Shown here: piece after piece, positions 11,641 through 22,354 of the stretch
How the letters are laid out: every line of letters starts with the position of its first letter
Position numbering within the stretch: position 1 is the first letter of the stretch
NCBI RefSeq assembly: GCF_016433145.1
Contig: NC_058130.1
Coordinates: 39,031,581-39,095,580 of the forward strand
Direction: 5' to 3'
Origin: Gracilinanus agilis
Taxonomy: Eukaryota
DNA: 64,000 bases
The notes under the pieces: model-generated
Seen by the model: the letters and a program-made list of their open reading frames with translations, nothing else
What the model was told of the DNA's origin: nothing
The model's database searches: none
Position numbers and translations under genes: made by a program

Positions 11641-12924
11641 GAGCTATTCCTAGAAAAGAAAGGTCTCTTGAGGGGGCAATTTAAGAATGATGGGGAAGCC
11701 CATCAGGCAAATAGAATAAAAACCTTTACTCTACAGCTTATTAGACTACTGGAGAGCTCATGAAGTACAAGATTTCCCCAAGGGTTCTCTTCTACACATA
11801 TCTAGACATCCTTTGCCAAGAGCCAGATGTAGGAATAACTTTCAGGAATAAGAATGGGCAATAATCCATCAACCCCACCCCTGATGCTAGTCCTGAACAC
11901 TCCTAGATAGCCATCAAAACAGAGAGGGCTGGAGATGTCATTCAACTAGCATTTATTAAGTGCCTCCCTATTGAAAAGAATTGAGTTATGTGCTTAATGC
12001 TGACCTGCTGGCCCACCTCCCTGTTGTTACTAGCCTTTGCCAGGCAAATTCTATGACTTCTTCAACCTCTTTCCTGAGTAATGTAGTGGCCCTAGAAAAC
12101 CATATTTCTCCTCTGCTCTGCCATCTGGTGCTCATAAATATGATGATCTCTCTCCCTGTTTCCCACTGCTCTTTCCAAAAGGCAATGATGTTGGCCATAG
12201 CTCAGTGTCCAGGTTTTTGGTTTTCCATTTCTAAATTGCTTAGTTTGTTCTAAGCTCTTTTATATTGAGGCCAAAGCACAGAGCTCGTGGCACAGGATGG
12301 CTCCCTAAAAGCCCAAATTCAGATGCTGAGATTGAAAGCCAGCCCTATCTGACTCTCCCTTGTTGTCCCCAGCAGTATTTATACCAGCTGCTCAGCCATA
12401 TCCAGTTCGGTCCAAAATTGGCAATGGCTGGATCAGACAAGAAATTACAACTGCCAAATTGTTCTTGGCAGCCCTGAAGATGCTCCAGCCTATCTCAGAT
12501 CACATCAGGGGAGGGATTGTTGGAAAGAGGGATCTTCTAATTGTCTGAATTTCTGGCGAAAGCCTACTGCAAGCCATTTCTCTTACAAATAGAACCCATT
12601 GCTTCAAACAGTGAACTTAAGCAGGTGATGTTCATGTAACTGGGCTTTGGATTGGTTTCCTGTGAGTAAGTTCAGGGTCAGAGCTATTGCTGGGGCTCCA
12701 GGGATTTGCAGAGTTCCCAGGCCAGGAAAAGATCAGCTTTCATGAACTGGAGGGTGGAGGAGGATCTTTAGAATGCCTTGGCAACAGGCTGGCGTTAGGG
12801 CTAAGGGGAGAGTGGGCATGAAGGAAGAGATGAAATGGAGCCAGGAGCTGAGCTGCAGCAAAAAAATGCCACGGGAGAAAACCGTGGCATCACTATGGCA
12901 ATGGGATCCCCAGCCCAACTCTTG

Positions 12925-13100
12925 CTATATGGGTAGAGTATAGGAATTGGAGTCAAGAAGACTCCTCTTTAGTTCAAATCAGGACTCAGACACTTCCTAG
13001 CCATGTGACTCTGGATGAGTCACTTTACTCTGTTTGCCTCAGTTTCCTTCTGTGTAAAATGAGCTGGAGAAGGAAATGGCAAGCCACTCCAGTATCTTTT
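12925..13100 (+). mobile_element. MAR1 SINE, 3' truncated
   Basis: tgtaaaatgagctggagaaggaaatggcaagccactccagtatc. Confidence 0.8.
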
Positions 13101-13359
13101 CTATTTTGCTAACCGACCAGATTGCCTAGGGCAATATTGCAAATGCAAGAAATCTTGCATTACAATACTTTGAGCAACAATAAGTAGAATGGAAGGATAG
13201 GAATATGGCCAAAGGGAAGGTCATGTTCTTGAGTTGAGCCCCGGGGGGAAAAATGGAGCATAAAAAGATTAGTATCCCCTTCTCCATGAAGAGGGGGTGA
13301 GTTAGAGGAGTGAGTGCCCAGCTAGGAAATAACCACTGGTTATGCTCAGCTATGGTAGG

Positions 13360-13580
13360 AGCTCCAAAGATGTAAAGCTAGAAGGGATGTCAGAGAACAT
13401 TTAGTTTAATCCCCTCAGGACCCCAGATGACCGATTTGGAGATCATAGAGGTCCTTTAGCCCAACCCTACCCATTTACTGATGAAGAATCTGAGGGCTTA
13501 TAGGCTTTAGTGATTTGCTTATGGTCACTGGAATTATTAATATCAGAAACAGTATTTGAACTCAGCTCTTCTGCTTTTCT
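13360..13580 (-). mobile_element. MIR3-like
   Basis: agctagaagggatg...ccatttactgatgaagaatctgagg...tatttgaactcag. Confidence 0.65.
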
Positions 13581-15134
13581 TCCACTAGAATGTATTTAAT
13601 AATCTGATTGCTGGGGCAGGGAAAGGGCAGGACCCTGAAATCAAGGATTTCAATCAGCTAAGCATCAATTTTTTTTTTGTTTAGTGTGTTTTAACCCTAA
13701 TTGTGTTTCTTATGCTACCTTTTGATGTCTCCAAAAAGAAAAAGGTCAATGATTTACATCTAGAAATGATTGTTTGCAAAAGCTATAAGGTACTTTCTAT
13801 AGGAAAAAGGATTCAACAGACTCCTCTTGATTTAAGTCAAATCTATCCACATTTGATTAGTGCCATTTTATATTATATTTTCATATATACACACATATAA
13901 ACAGCATTGATATTATTTGGTAAAACATTGTATAGTTAGGTTTTATTGTAAAATAACTGCATTTAAAAGGTATAGTGACCAAGAAAAATTTAAATATGGC
14001 ATGTGACTTTTCATTTCAAGTGTTTAAAATCTCCTAAAAAATCATTCATTTTCTGGAAAGTAAAGGTGTAATGAATATTCTGGAAAATCCCTGGTTATCT
14101 CAGCTCATTCCTTCTTGCAGACTTCACTACACATGATCACAGGATGAACAATATCTTCCCCCATCTGCCTGCCATGGGATCATGAGCAAAGGTAAATAAC
14201 TCTCTTCCAGGATCCGTGGCCTGAACCTCAGCAGGCTCCTACCTGGTCTTCTTTTGGCTGGTTCCCAGGTGAGTGATGTGTATTGGAGGATGTCTGAAAT
14301 GTCAATTTCTAGACCTTTCCAGTTGGTAAATAGCACAGCCTTGACTATATGGAGCCCATTTTCAAGGCAAATTAATTTAACTTTACCTGTGTTAGCACCA
14401 TGTTTCAAGTACAATTTACCTGTATTATATTTTCCATGAATTATACATGCATGTTCCAGCCACAGGCCATAAATATACAACCACATTTAGTATTTGAAAT
14501 GTAGGAAACATTCTCCCTTCTACTGATAAAGAATTAGAGGCTTCTCCTGACCACCCAGCTCATATGATTGATTGGTCTTGGTGTCCTTTTGTTTGACAAA
14601 TGAATTTCAAGGGCATGGGGTGTGTTGAATAAGCTGAAAATCAAAAAGCAAAACCCTGGGCTCAAGAGTTCCACATGCGGTAAATCTTTGAGTTTAATTA
14701 CAGCGATAGTTAAAATAACAGGAAATATAATGAGGTTTGGAAAGCGTTGTTCCCTTGATGGCAGTAAAGGGAGGGGTGGCTTTTCTCTTGGTGTCAGTCA
14801 AAATGAAAAGACTGGGGTCTAGATTCCTTTGTGAAGAGTGCGTGGGAATATGACCTAGTTGCCTGTTTTTTGTTTTTGTTTTGTTTTGTTTATGGTTCCA
14901 TTATATCCCATCTCATTTCAGGTTCTTTCAGCACCTAAATTTGGCTGTTAGAAGACATGACAGCCTGTAGGACTTTGGATGGTTCAATTAAACATACATA
15001 CACTTATTGAGTGCTTACTATATGCAAAGTCTTCCACTAACATCATCCTATCTTAGATTTTCCTCTAGTTTCTTTCAAAGCCCAGCTCACATGATAATTC
15101 TTCCATGAAGCAGCTCATTTCCCTAGTTGTCAGT

Positions 15135-15330
15135 GCTTCCCCTTTCCCCACAAAACTATATTATATTTATTTTGCATTCTTTTATTTGTGTTACTATTTC
15201 CTGGATAGAAGATAAACTCCTTGAGGGTGGGGATTGTTTCATTTGTCTTTGACTCAGTATCCAGCACAGCCTTTGGTAACAGAAGGTGCTTAATAAGTGC
15301 ACTTTGGTGGATCAATTGATTACTCAATGG
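15135..15330 (+). mobile_element. L2 3' end
   Basis: gataaactccttgagggtgggg...ccagcacagcctttgg...gtgcttaataag. Confidence 0.75.
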
Positions 15331-15389
15331 ATGTTTCTTTGGTGTACGCATGTGACTTTGGATTTTTAGAAGTTATGACAATGGGACAC

Positions 15390-15642
15390 GAATTTGAACC
15401 CAGGTCCACTGATTTTAAAGCCAATGTTCTCTGTACTACATGCCTTGGAAAACATTAACTGATAGTCAGCCTACTCTGAGTCAGAGAAAGACGTTGAATG
15501 TAGACCCAGCAATTGTTGAGGGACCAGCCTTGCAAAGTTGCAGGAATTTCACTCAGAGTAGGCTGACTATCAGTTAATGTTTTCCAAGGCATGTAGTATA
15601 GAGAACATTGGCTTTAAAGTCAATGGACCTGAGTTCAAATTC
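15390..15642. repeat. 92-bp inverted repeat with 69-bp spacer, on head-to-head MIR heads
   Basis: Arms 15390-15481 and 15551-15642 pair at 88/92 positions; inner 48 bp perfect. Confidence 0.97.
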
Positions 15643-16884
15643 CATTCTGCTGTTTAATACCTGTTGGATATTGGACAAATCCTTCCTACTTCCTCGATCT
15701 CTTCAATGACAGCATGGGGGTTGAACTCAGGATCTTCTGAGGTCTTTCTTGTTCTGGTTCTATGATTTCTGCTCTGGTTTTTTTTTTTTTTTTGGGTCAC
15801 AGCGTCTTGAGAAGACGGCTCACGAAGATACAGAGACACAGCAATGATGTGAGATGCAGTCACGGAGGATGTGCCCCACTTATGAAATCCCAAATACTCA
15901 AGTATTGAAATCCAAGAGTAATGACCTTATGGGTCACCCCATTAGATCTTTAGTCTGATAGGCAGATTTAAAAGATGCCAAGTTTGTAGTAATTCTGCCC
16001 TTAGAAAGTGAAGTTAAGAAATTATGAATGGCTAGTGATTATGCTCCAAGTCGGAGAGGAGGAAATCTCTCACAATGCACTGGAGTGTTGGGATCTCAGC
16101 CCAGCTTTAGGAAAGGTCACTTTCTCATGTGGCTCCCAAAGCTGTACTGTGCCCCCATGCCCTTAACCAAGGGACACCAAGGAAGGCAAAGAATGGAGTC
16201 ACCCAGGGGTGTGTGTGAAAAAGGAGATGAGATCAGCCAGGGGCAATCTTTAACCAAATAAAAGGATGTGCTTGGAAACAGATGCCAGTTGTACCCATCT
16301 GTACTAAGCAGGGAGAGCATAAAGACCACAAATTCTTTGCTTCTGTCTTTCCCCACCATGTTCCAATGAGTTTAGTGAATGCCCATCATAATCCCACACT
16401 CACACACACATTAACTTCTCCCTTTGCCTTTTGTCTCTCAGAATCTACCTTAGAAACTTGGGTTTGAGGAAGGTAACCAAAGATGTGACCATCACTGGCC
16501 AGGTGTGGTCTGCTGCTGCTCCATGGGTCAGAGGAATGTCTTCTTCCCCCCATCTCCCTCCTCTCCATGTGTCCTCTCTTAAGAGATCCTCATTACACCA
16601 TCTTTGCTGGGAAAACTCTGCTTTCCAGGCCTGAACTTGTACTGGCTTCCCTCACTGGAAAGAAATACATCTGGCCTCTGGAGAGATTTGGGGGCCTCCT
16701 TCAAAGTAGCCAGTCTAAGTGTTGCCAGAAGGACCATTATATAAGTAAGTTGAATGGAAGAATACAAAGTGAAAGGCTCTGGGAGGCTCTGACTTCTGAT
16801 CTGGAAACCCCCTGGGCAAGAGTGGCTGCTCATTGCTGTTTCTCCTGCCATGAAGATGCTTGAACCTGGTTCTGTAGAAAAGTG

Positions 16885-17110
16885 GTGTGGAGTCATGGAT
16901 GGCCTTCTGGTGTTGGAGTCAGAAATACCTGGGTTAAGATCCTGCCTCTGTTACTGTGTTCTGAAGGCAAGTCACTTGCCCTCTAGACCTCAGTTTTTTC
17001 TTCTGTAAAATGGAAGTAAATAATATTTGTGGTGCTTAACAGCGTTATTGTGAGGTTCAAAACAGATTACTCATATAAAATACTTTGCATACTTTAAAGA
17101 GTCATATGAG
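16885..17110 (+). mobile_element. MIR
   Basis: tggagtcagaaatacctgggttaagatcc...ggcaagtcacttg...cctcagttttttcttctgtaaaatgg. Confidence 0.8.
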
Positions 17111-17224
17111 TAAGCAGTAATAGCATTAATATGAATAATTAACTGATAACTAATATTAATTAGTTATATGAATAATCATAATTAATAATCACTAACCTAA
17201 TACAGTTCTTGGCACACTAGTAAG

Positions 17225-17440
17225 TGCTATGTACCAAGAACTATGTTAGGTGCATTATAAATATATCTCATATGGTTCTAACAAAAATCTTGGGAGGTAG
17301 GCAATATTGTTCCTATTTAACAGATTGGTAAACTGAGGCAAAGAGTTAAAAAAACTTGCCCAGTTTCACACAGAAAATGTCTGTATCTGGATTTGAACTC
17401 AGGTCCTAGTAACTCCAGGCTCTGTACCATCTACTTGTTC
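17225..17440 (-). mobile_element. MIR
   Basis: aaactgaggcaaagag...acttgcccag...ggatttgaactcaggtcc. Confidence 0.75.
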
Positions 17441-20400
17441 CAATAAATATTATCTTATTATAAGAATCAGCAGGATATTAAAGACAGAGAGTTCGCCTTA
17501 GAACTAGGAAGTTTTGAATTCTTTCTTTCCTTTGATGCATACTGGCTGTGTGATACTGGGCAAGTTGGGGAACTTTTCAGTGCCTCATACAGCTCTCTGA
17601 GACTACCAGGCATAGGGACAATGCAGGACTGCAACCACAGAAGATGTTTTCTAAATGAGAGTTTCTTCCACTGTCATCATTTTTGAGGTAAGAAAAAAGT
17701 GCGCCCCATTACCATTATTGTGGTAAGAATTCCAAATGTCTTATCAGGGCCAAAATGGGCAACCCTTTGGTAAAATTATGTGGATCTTCAGAGCAGTTGG
17801 CTCTGAATAAATGTTGTTGCTCTTCTTCTTCTTCTTCCCTTTGGTTCAGGGCTATAATAGAGCTCCCTTAGACTTGGTCTTGGCACCATCGAAGGCTCCT
17901 CTGCTGAAGAAATTGCTGTCCAGTGTTTCAGTCACTTGAATTAAATTGGTATTAAGTATCACAGTGAGAGGTGCTTAATAGAAGTTAAATCTTTCAAACT
18001 TTCAGCTTAACCTGACCTAGGAGGGTCTAGTTAAAACATGGCACCCATCTTCAGAGAATTCTTCTTCTCATGACAGATAAAATAGCAACATAGGTAGCTA
18101 CTGTTAATGATTATGATGGTCGCTGTGATTTTGATTTTAATTGCCATGACATGATAAGTGCATTTGAGAGTTTCATAACTTACATTGTGAGTAGAAGATT
18201 CATAGAATCAATGATGGAGGGGCAAGCTTGCCCAAGAAGATTAGGCATTGACATCTCATTGGAGGAAAAAGAGAAAATGCCATTGAAACGGAATTGACAA
18301 GACTTCCTTTGGGTTAAGCTTGGCCAGTTTGATTCTAGTTAAATGCCCATGATGGGTCCAAAGAGAAGCATTAAGGAAGGATGAACAATTACCAGCCAAA
18401 AGATAAATTTTCATTTTCAAGTGTTAAGGATGGCTCCTCTTAGAAAAGCTTGTGATTTATGGCCAAGAATAAACCCTAGTACTCCTTGTCACTTTTTAAA
18501 AATCCAAGTTTTATCGCTCCCTTTTGTTTTTATACTGGAGTCTCTTGTCATCTTGTAATAAGGAATAGTTATAATCAAATCATCTTAGTGACTGTAGTTA
18601 ACAGCATATTCAGTATTCTGTTCTTGTTGTCCCCCCACTTCTCTGTGGAGAGGAGGATTAGATCATCTCTTTTCTGGGACAGAGACGGCTCATTACAATT
18701 AACCAGAGCCTGCCCTGTAGGGTTGTTTTTTATTGTAGTCATCCTGTCTATTACTCTCCTGGTTCTGCTTACTTCCCTAGGCATTCATTCATATAACTTT
18801 TTCCACTTTTCTCTGAACTCTTTACATAATTACAGCAAGAATGCTCCATTAATATGGCACCATTTCACAATCGTTCCCCAAGTAGACAGATACCCATTTT
18901 GTTTCCAGTTTTTCCAAGGGCTTCAGCCCTTCTGCTTGAAGAAGGGAAACAGCCCGGTTGGCAGTGCTGACCTTCTGGGGGACCTGACCACGATTTTCAA
19001 GGTAAGGGATTTCATCTTCCGCACAGGCAACGTTGACTCTGAACTACGTTAGGTTTTATTTGTAATTACTTTCATCTCGATGACATCCTAGCTCAGGATA
19101 TTTTTATTGCCTGCAAAGAGGAAGTGCCCTCAAGTTATCTAAGGGAACTCAGTCAAAGGCACATCCATAAAGGTATTGACCTTAAGACAATAATAAAATA
19201 TGTGGTTGAGAGAGTAGGAAAGGAGATTGGGTTTGTGCAGGATTCAGAGAAAGAAGCTTGTCACTGGGGATGGAGAAAGGTGGAGAAATGAATTAGAAAA
19301 TTGGAGCGTAGCAAATGATTGGAATGTAAATACCTTCTTTTATTGTGCTTTGACTTGGAGAGTCCAGAAGCTGTTTTTCAGAATGCTTTATGTGTATATA
19401 AATATCCTGCAGAACGGCATGGGTTTTTACATTAGGCAGTTTCATCTCTCCCAGTGAGGTCAGGAAGAGAAGAAAGTAATTTTTATGAAATGCAAGGCTT
19501 GTGCTGCAATCTTGGGGAGCCTGGAGAGAAAGGCTGAATACAGCAGTGTCTCCTGAGTAGGCTTAGACTCTCAAACCCAAAGCGAAGGATTTAGAGAGGG
19601 TAATCCAGGAAAATAGTATTATAGAAACCTCTCTTCATTGCTGAGCTCCAAGAAAGCAGCCTGTAACTCGCAGCTTTAGAGGAAGGATGTGTGGAATCCA
19701 ATTCAACAAACATTTACTAAGGACATCCACAGAGATCTGTTCTGATGCATCACTGTGATATGGGGATGAGCTCGAGTCCTCTTGTGACAAGGGTCTACCT
19801 GGCTGGAAAGGCTTCAGGTAGAGCCTGAAGAAACTGCCTTGTTTTTTGGGGCCAAGGCTAGTTGCATTTGGAGAGCTAACCGCCAATAGGCTAATCACTT
19901 GGGGATGAATTCTTTGGCTGCTATGGTAACTTATGGTCTAAAGACAATTACAAGATTACTCTCCATCTTATATATCCTCCTTTCACTTTGGCAGTGATGG
20001 ATACAGAATGATGGACAAAGGTACAGCCGCTACTTAGAATCATATGGTTTTTAGATAACTTATAAACATTTATCTGTTAGTACTCTAAACACAAGATCCT
20101 TTCCCAATGACCAACGAGCAAATATACAACCGAAGGAACGGAATTGTTTCAATCTTGACATTTTCGCCATAAACGAAACCAGAAGACAAAAGGAAGTTAT
20201 AGCTTTGTGGAAGGATGACTCCCAGGTTTTCCTAGGAGAGGCAGACAAAGAAGTTGGGGGAGTCGGTTTTAATATGAATCCGAAGACCAGAGGAAACATC
20301 ATTATGCGAGCTATTTGGTCATTTGGTATTACAGTGCTCACAACAGGCATTTGTAAGAAGACACTACCACGAAAATAACTACAGCTTATGTGACAACATC

Positions 20401-20714
20401 TGCTGTGGAGCGGGAAGGGGTAAAGTGATTTTGTGAAGAGCTTAATTAGGCCCTCTAAATTAAATAAACATTTACTCTGATATTCAAGGGCTTCGGAACA
20501 AAGACAGATACAGGAAAAGATGGCAGAAAATGTGTTGTAAGGGATATGAAAGGTGGAAGTGTAAGAAAATATGTCTGGGTATAAGAAAAGAGTGAAGGTC
20601 AACATTTGTAATCTCTACAGAAACCTCATGCCTATATATCTTGAGTATTTTCCTCAAGAGGAGAGTTGGGATGGAGGGGGAGGGAGAAGAGCAAGGCAAG
20701 CACCAAATAACTTC

Positions 20715-20955
20715 AGGGAAAAAATGGTGCTATTTTCACTGACTTAGAATCAGGAAGATGGAACTCAAATCTGATCTGGGACAATTACTAGCTGTGGGTT
20801 CCTGGGTAAGTCACTAACCTCTGCTAGCATCAATTTCTTCATTTGTAAAATGAACTAGAGAAGGAAAAGGCAAACCACTCCAATATCTTTGCCAAGAAAA
20901 CCAAACGGGATCACAAAGAGCTGGACATGACTGAAAATGACTGAATAACAATAAA
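20715..20955 (+). mobile_element. MAR1 SINE nested in RTE
   Basis: aactagagaaggaaaaggcaaaccactccaatatctttgccaagaaaacc...gacatgactgaaaatgactgaataacaa. Confidence 0.85.
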
Positions 20956-21399
20956 AATATATGTTACACACATGGGAATATATATGTATACATACATATA
21001 TATGTATGCTAAGAGTGAAGAATTATGAGAAGTAAAACAGTAAAAAGAAATGGAGAGGAAAGGAAGTTTTCAGAAAGCTTGAGAAGAGAACCAAGGAAGC
21101 CACATTGTATTGGGAACATAAGGCTAAAACTAGGAGGACAATGAGTAGGTGAAAAATGGAAAAGATCTGTAAAGATTTCTGTATCGAATTATTTTTTTTT
21201 CCTAATCACTGACAGTGGAGTTACTACATTTGGACTCTAATGTCCATTGAGTCCTGAAAAGGACTCTAAGGTATCCTTGCTTTGTGGCATTAAGGAGGAA
21301 AACAAAGATGAGGAGAGCCACTAGACTAGACCAAATCTATGCAGAGGAGGCTTGTGCTTCCGATTCTGGGAATTTTCTCTGGTTATCCTTTCTTTTCTC

Positions 21400-21690
21400 T
21401 TTTCTGCCTCTTGACTTCCTGGATTCTTTCAGGTCCTAGCTAAAATTTGTCCTCTAACGGAAGTTTTTTCCTGGACCTTTTTCATTTCTGTCCCTTCTCT
21501 CTCTTAGTTATTTCCTATTTATCATCTATACATCTTGTTTGTATATAGCTGTTTGCATGTTGTCTCTCCCATTAGATTGCAAGCTTCTTAAGGGCAGGGG
21601 CTGCCTTTTACTATTTTGGGATCTCCAATACTTCGTATAGTACCTGGCACATAGTATGTGCTTAGTAAATATTTATTGACTAACTGATCT
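21400..21690 (+). mobile_element. L2 3' end (marsupial type) between RTE segments
   Basis: gtctctcccattagattgcaagcttcttaagggcagggg...cctggcacatagtatgtgcttagtaaatatttattgac. Confidence 0.85.
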
Positions 21691-22354
21691 TATTATTATA
21701 AAAAATTAGAAAACATAAAAAATATTGATTTATGCCAACTTTTCCATACCTATGACTTTTTTTGAGAATAATATACACATCTAGCAAAGGTATCCTTGAT
21801 AAAGATATTAAAAGGGAACATATCACCTTTGAAGACACTTTCTATAGCAGACCACACTTACTTTATAATTCTGCAATTGGCTGAAAAGTGTAGAGGATGT
21901 ATTTTGAGTGGACCGTATGATAACCCCATCCACACAGGTAGGGCAGTACCTTGACTGTCTCTCGGCCATTCAGGAATCACTCTGCTCAAACAGCATAAAC
22001 TTCACAGGACTCTCTTTCAGAGAAAGACAACCTATGAGGGCAGATGTGTTATAATTATCAAAAGTATTTGATTTGGCAGACTACAATGCTGAATTAAAAT
22101 TTCTTCTGGTAAAGTGCTTCCCAAGCATATGTTGAAATCAAACACAGTTCTTTGAAAGAAGTAACAACAGAAATAAAATCCCTTAGATATTGGATTATTA
22201 ATAAGAAGTGAGGCATAAAACAAAGGATCATAGTCTCAGAGGCAGAGGAAACCTTGAAAATCCCAAGTTCCTCATTTTATAGAAGAGGAAACTTGAGGGA
22301 GGTCAAGAAAGATTTTCACCTGGCCAAGGGCTTTCAAATAGTAAGACTTTCCTT

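Larger units (their letters stand above)
20030..21900 (+). mobile_element. decayed RTE-clade LINE (APE endonuclease to start of RT), interrupted by MAR1 and L2
   Basis: Plus-strand relic peptides LDIFAINETRRQKE, GGVGF, KITTAYVTTS (APE), MEKICKDF (~21157), and a degraded RT-start segment near 21760-21880; many stops and frameshifts. Confidence 0.72.

Noticed and set aside
18486-19052. 188 aa plus-strand ORF as a single-exon gene
   Set aside because: It is low-information, F/L/S-rich and has no recognisable domain. Only the internal exon-like part is retained as a weak candidate.
20060-20605. 181 aa minus-strand ORF
   Set aside because: It is antisense to the decayed RTE endonuclease region, with no protein-like features.
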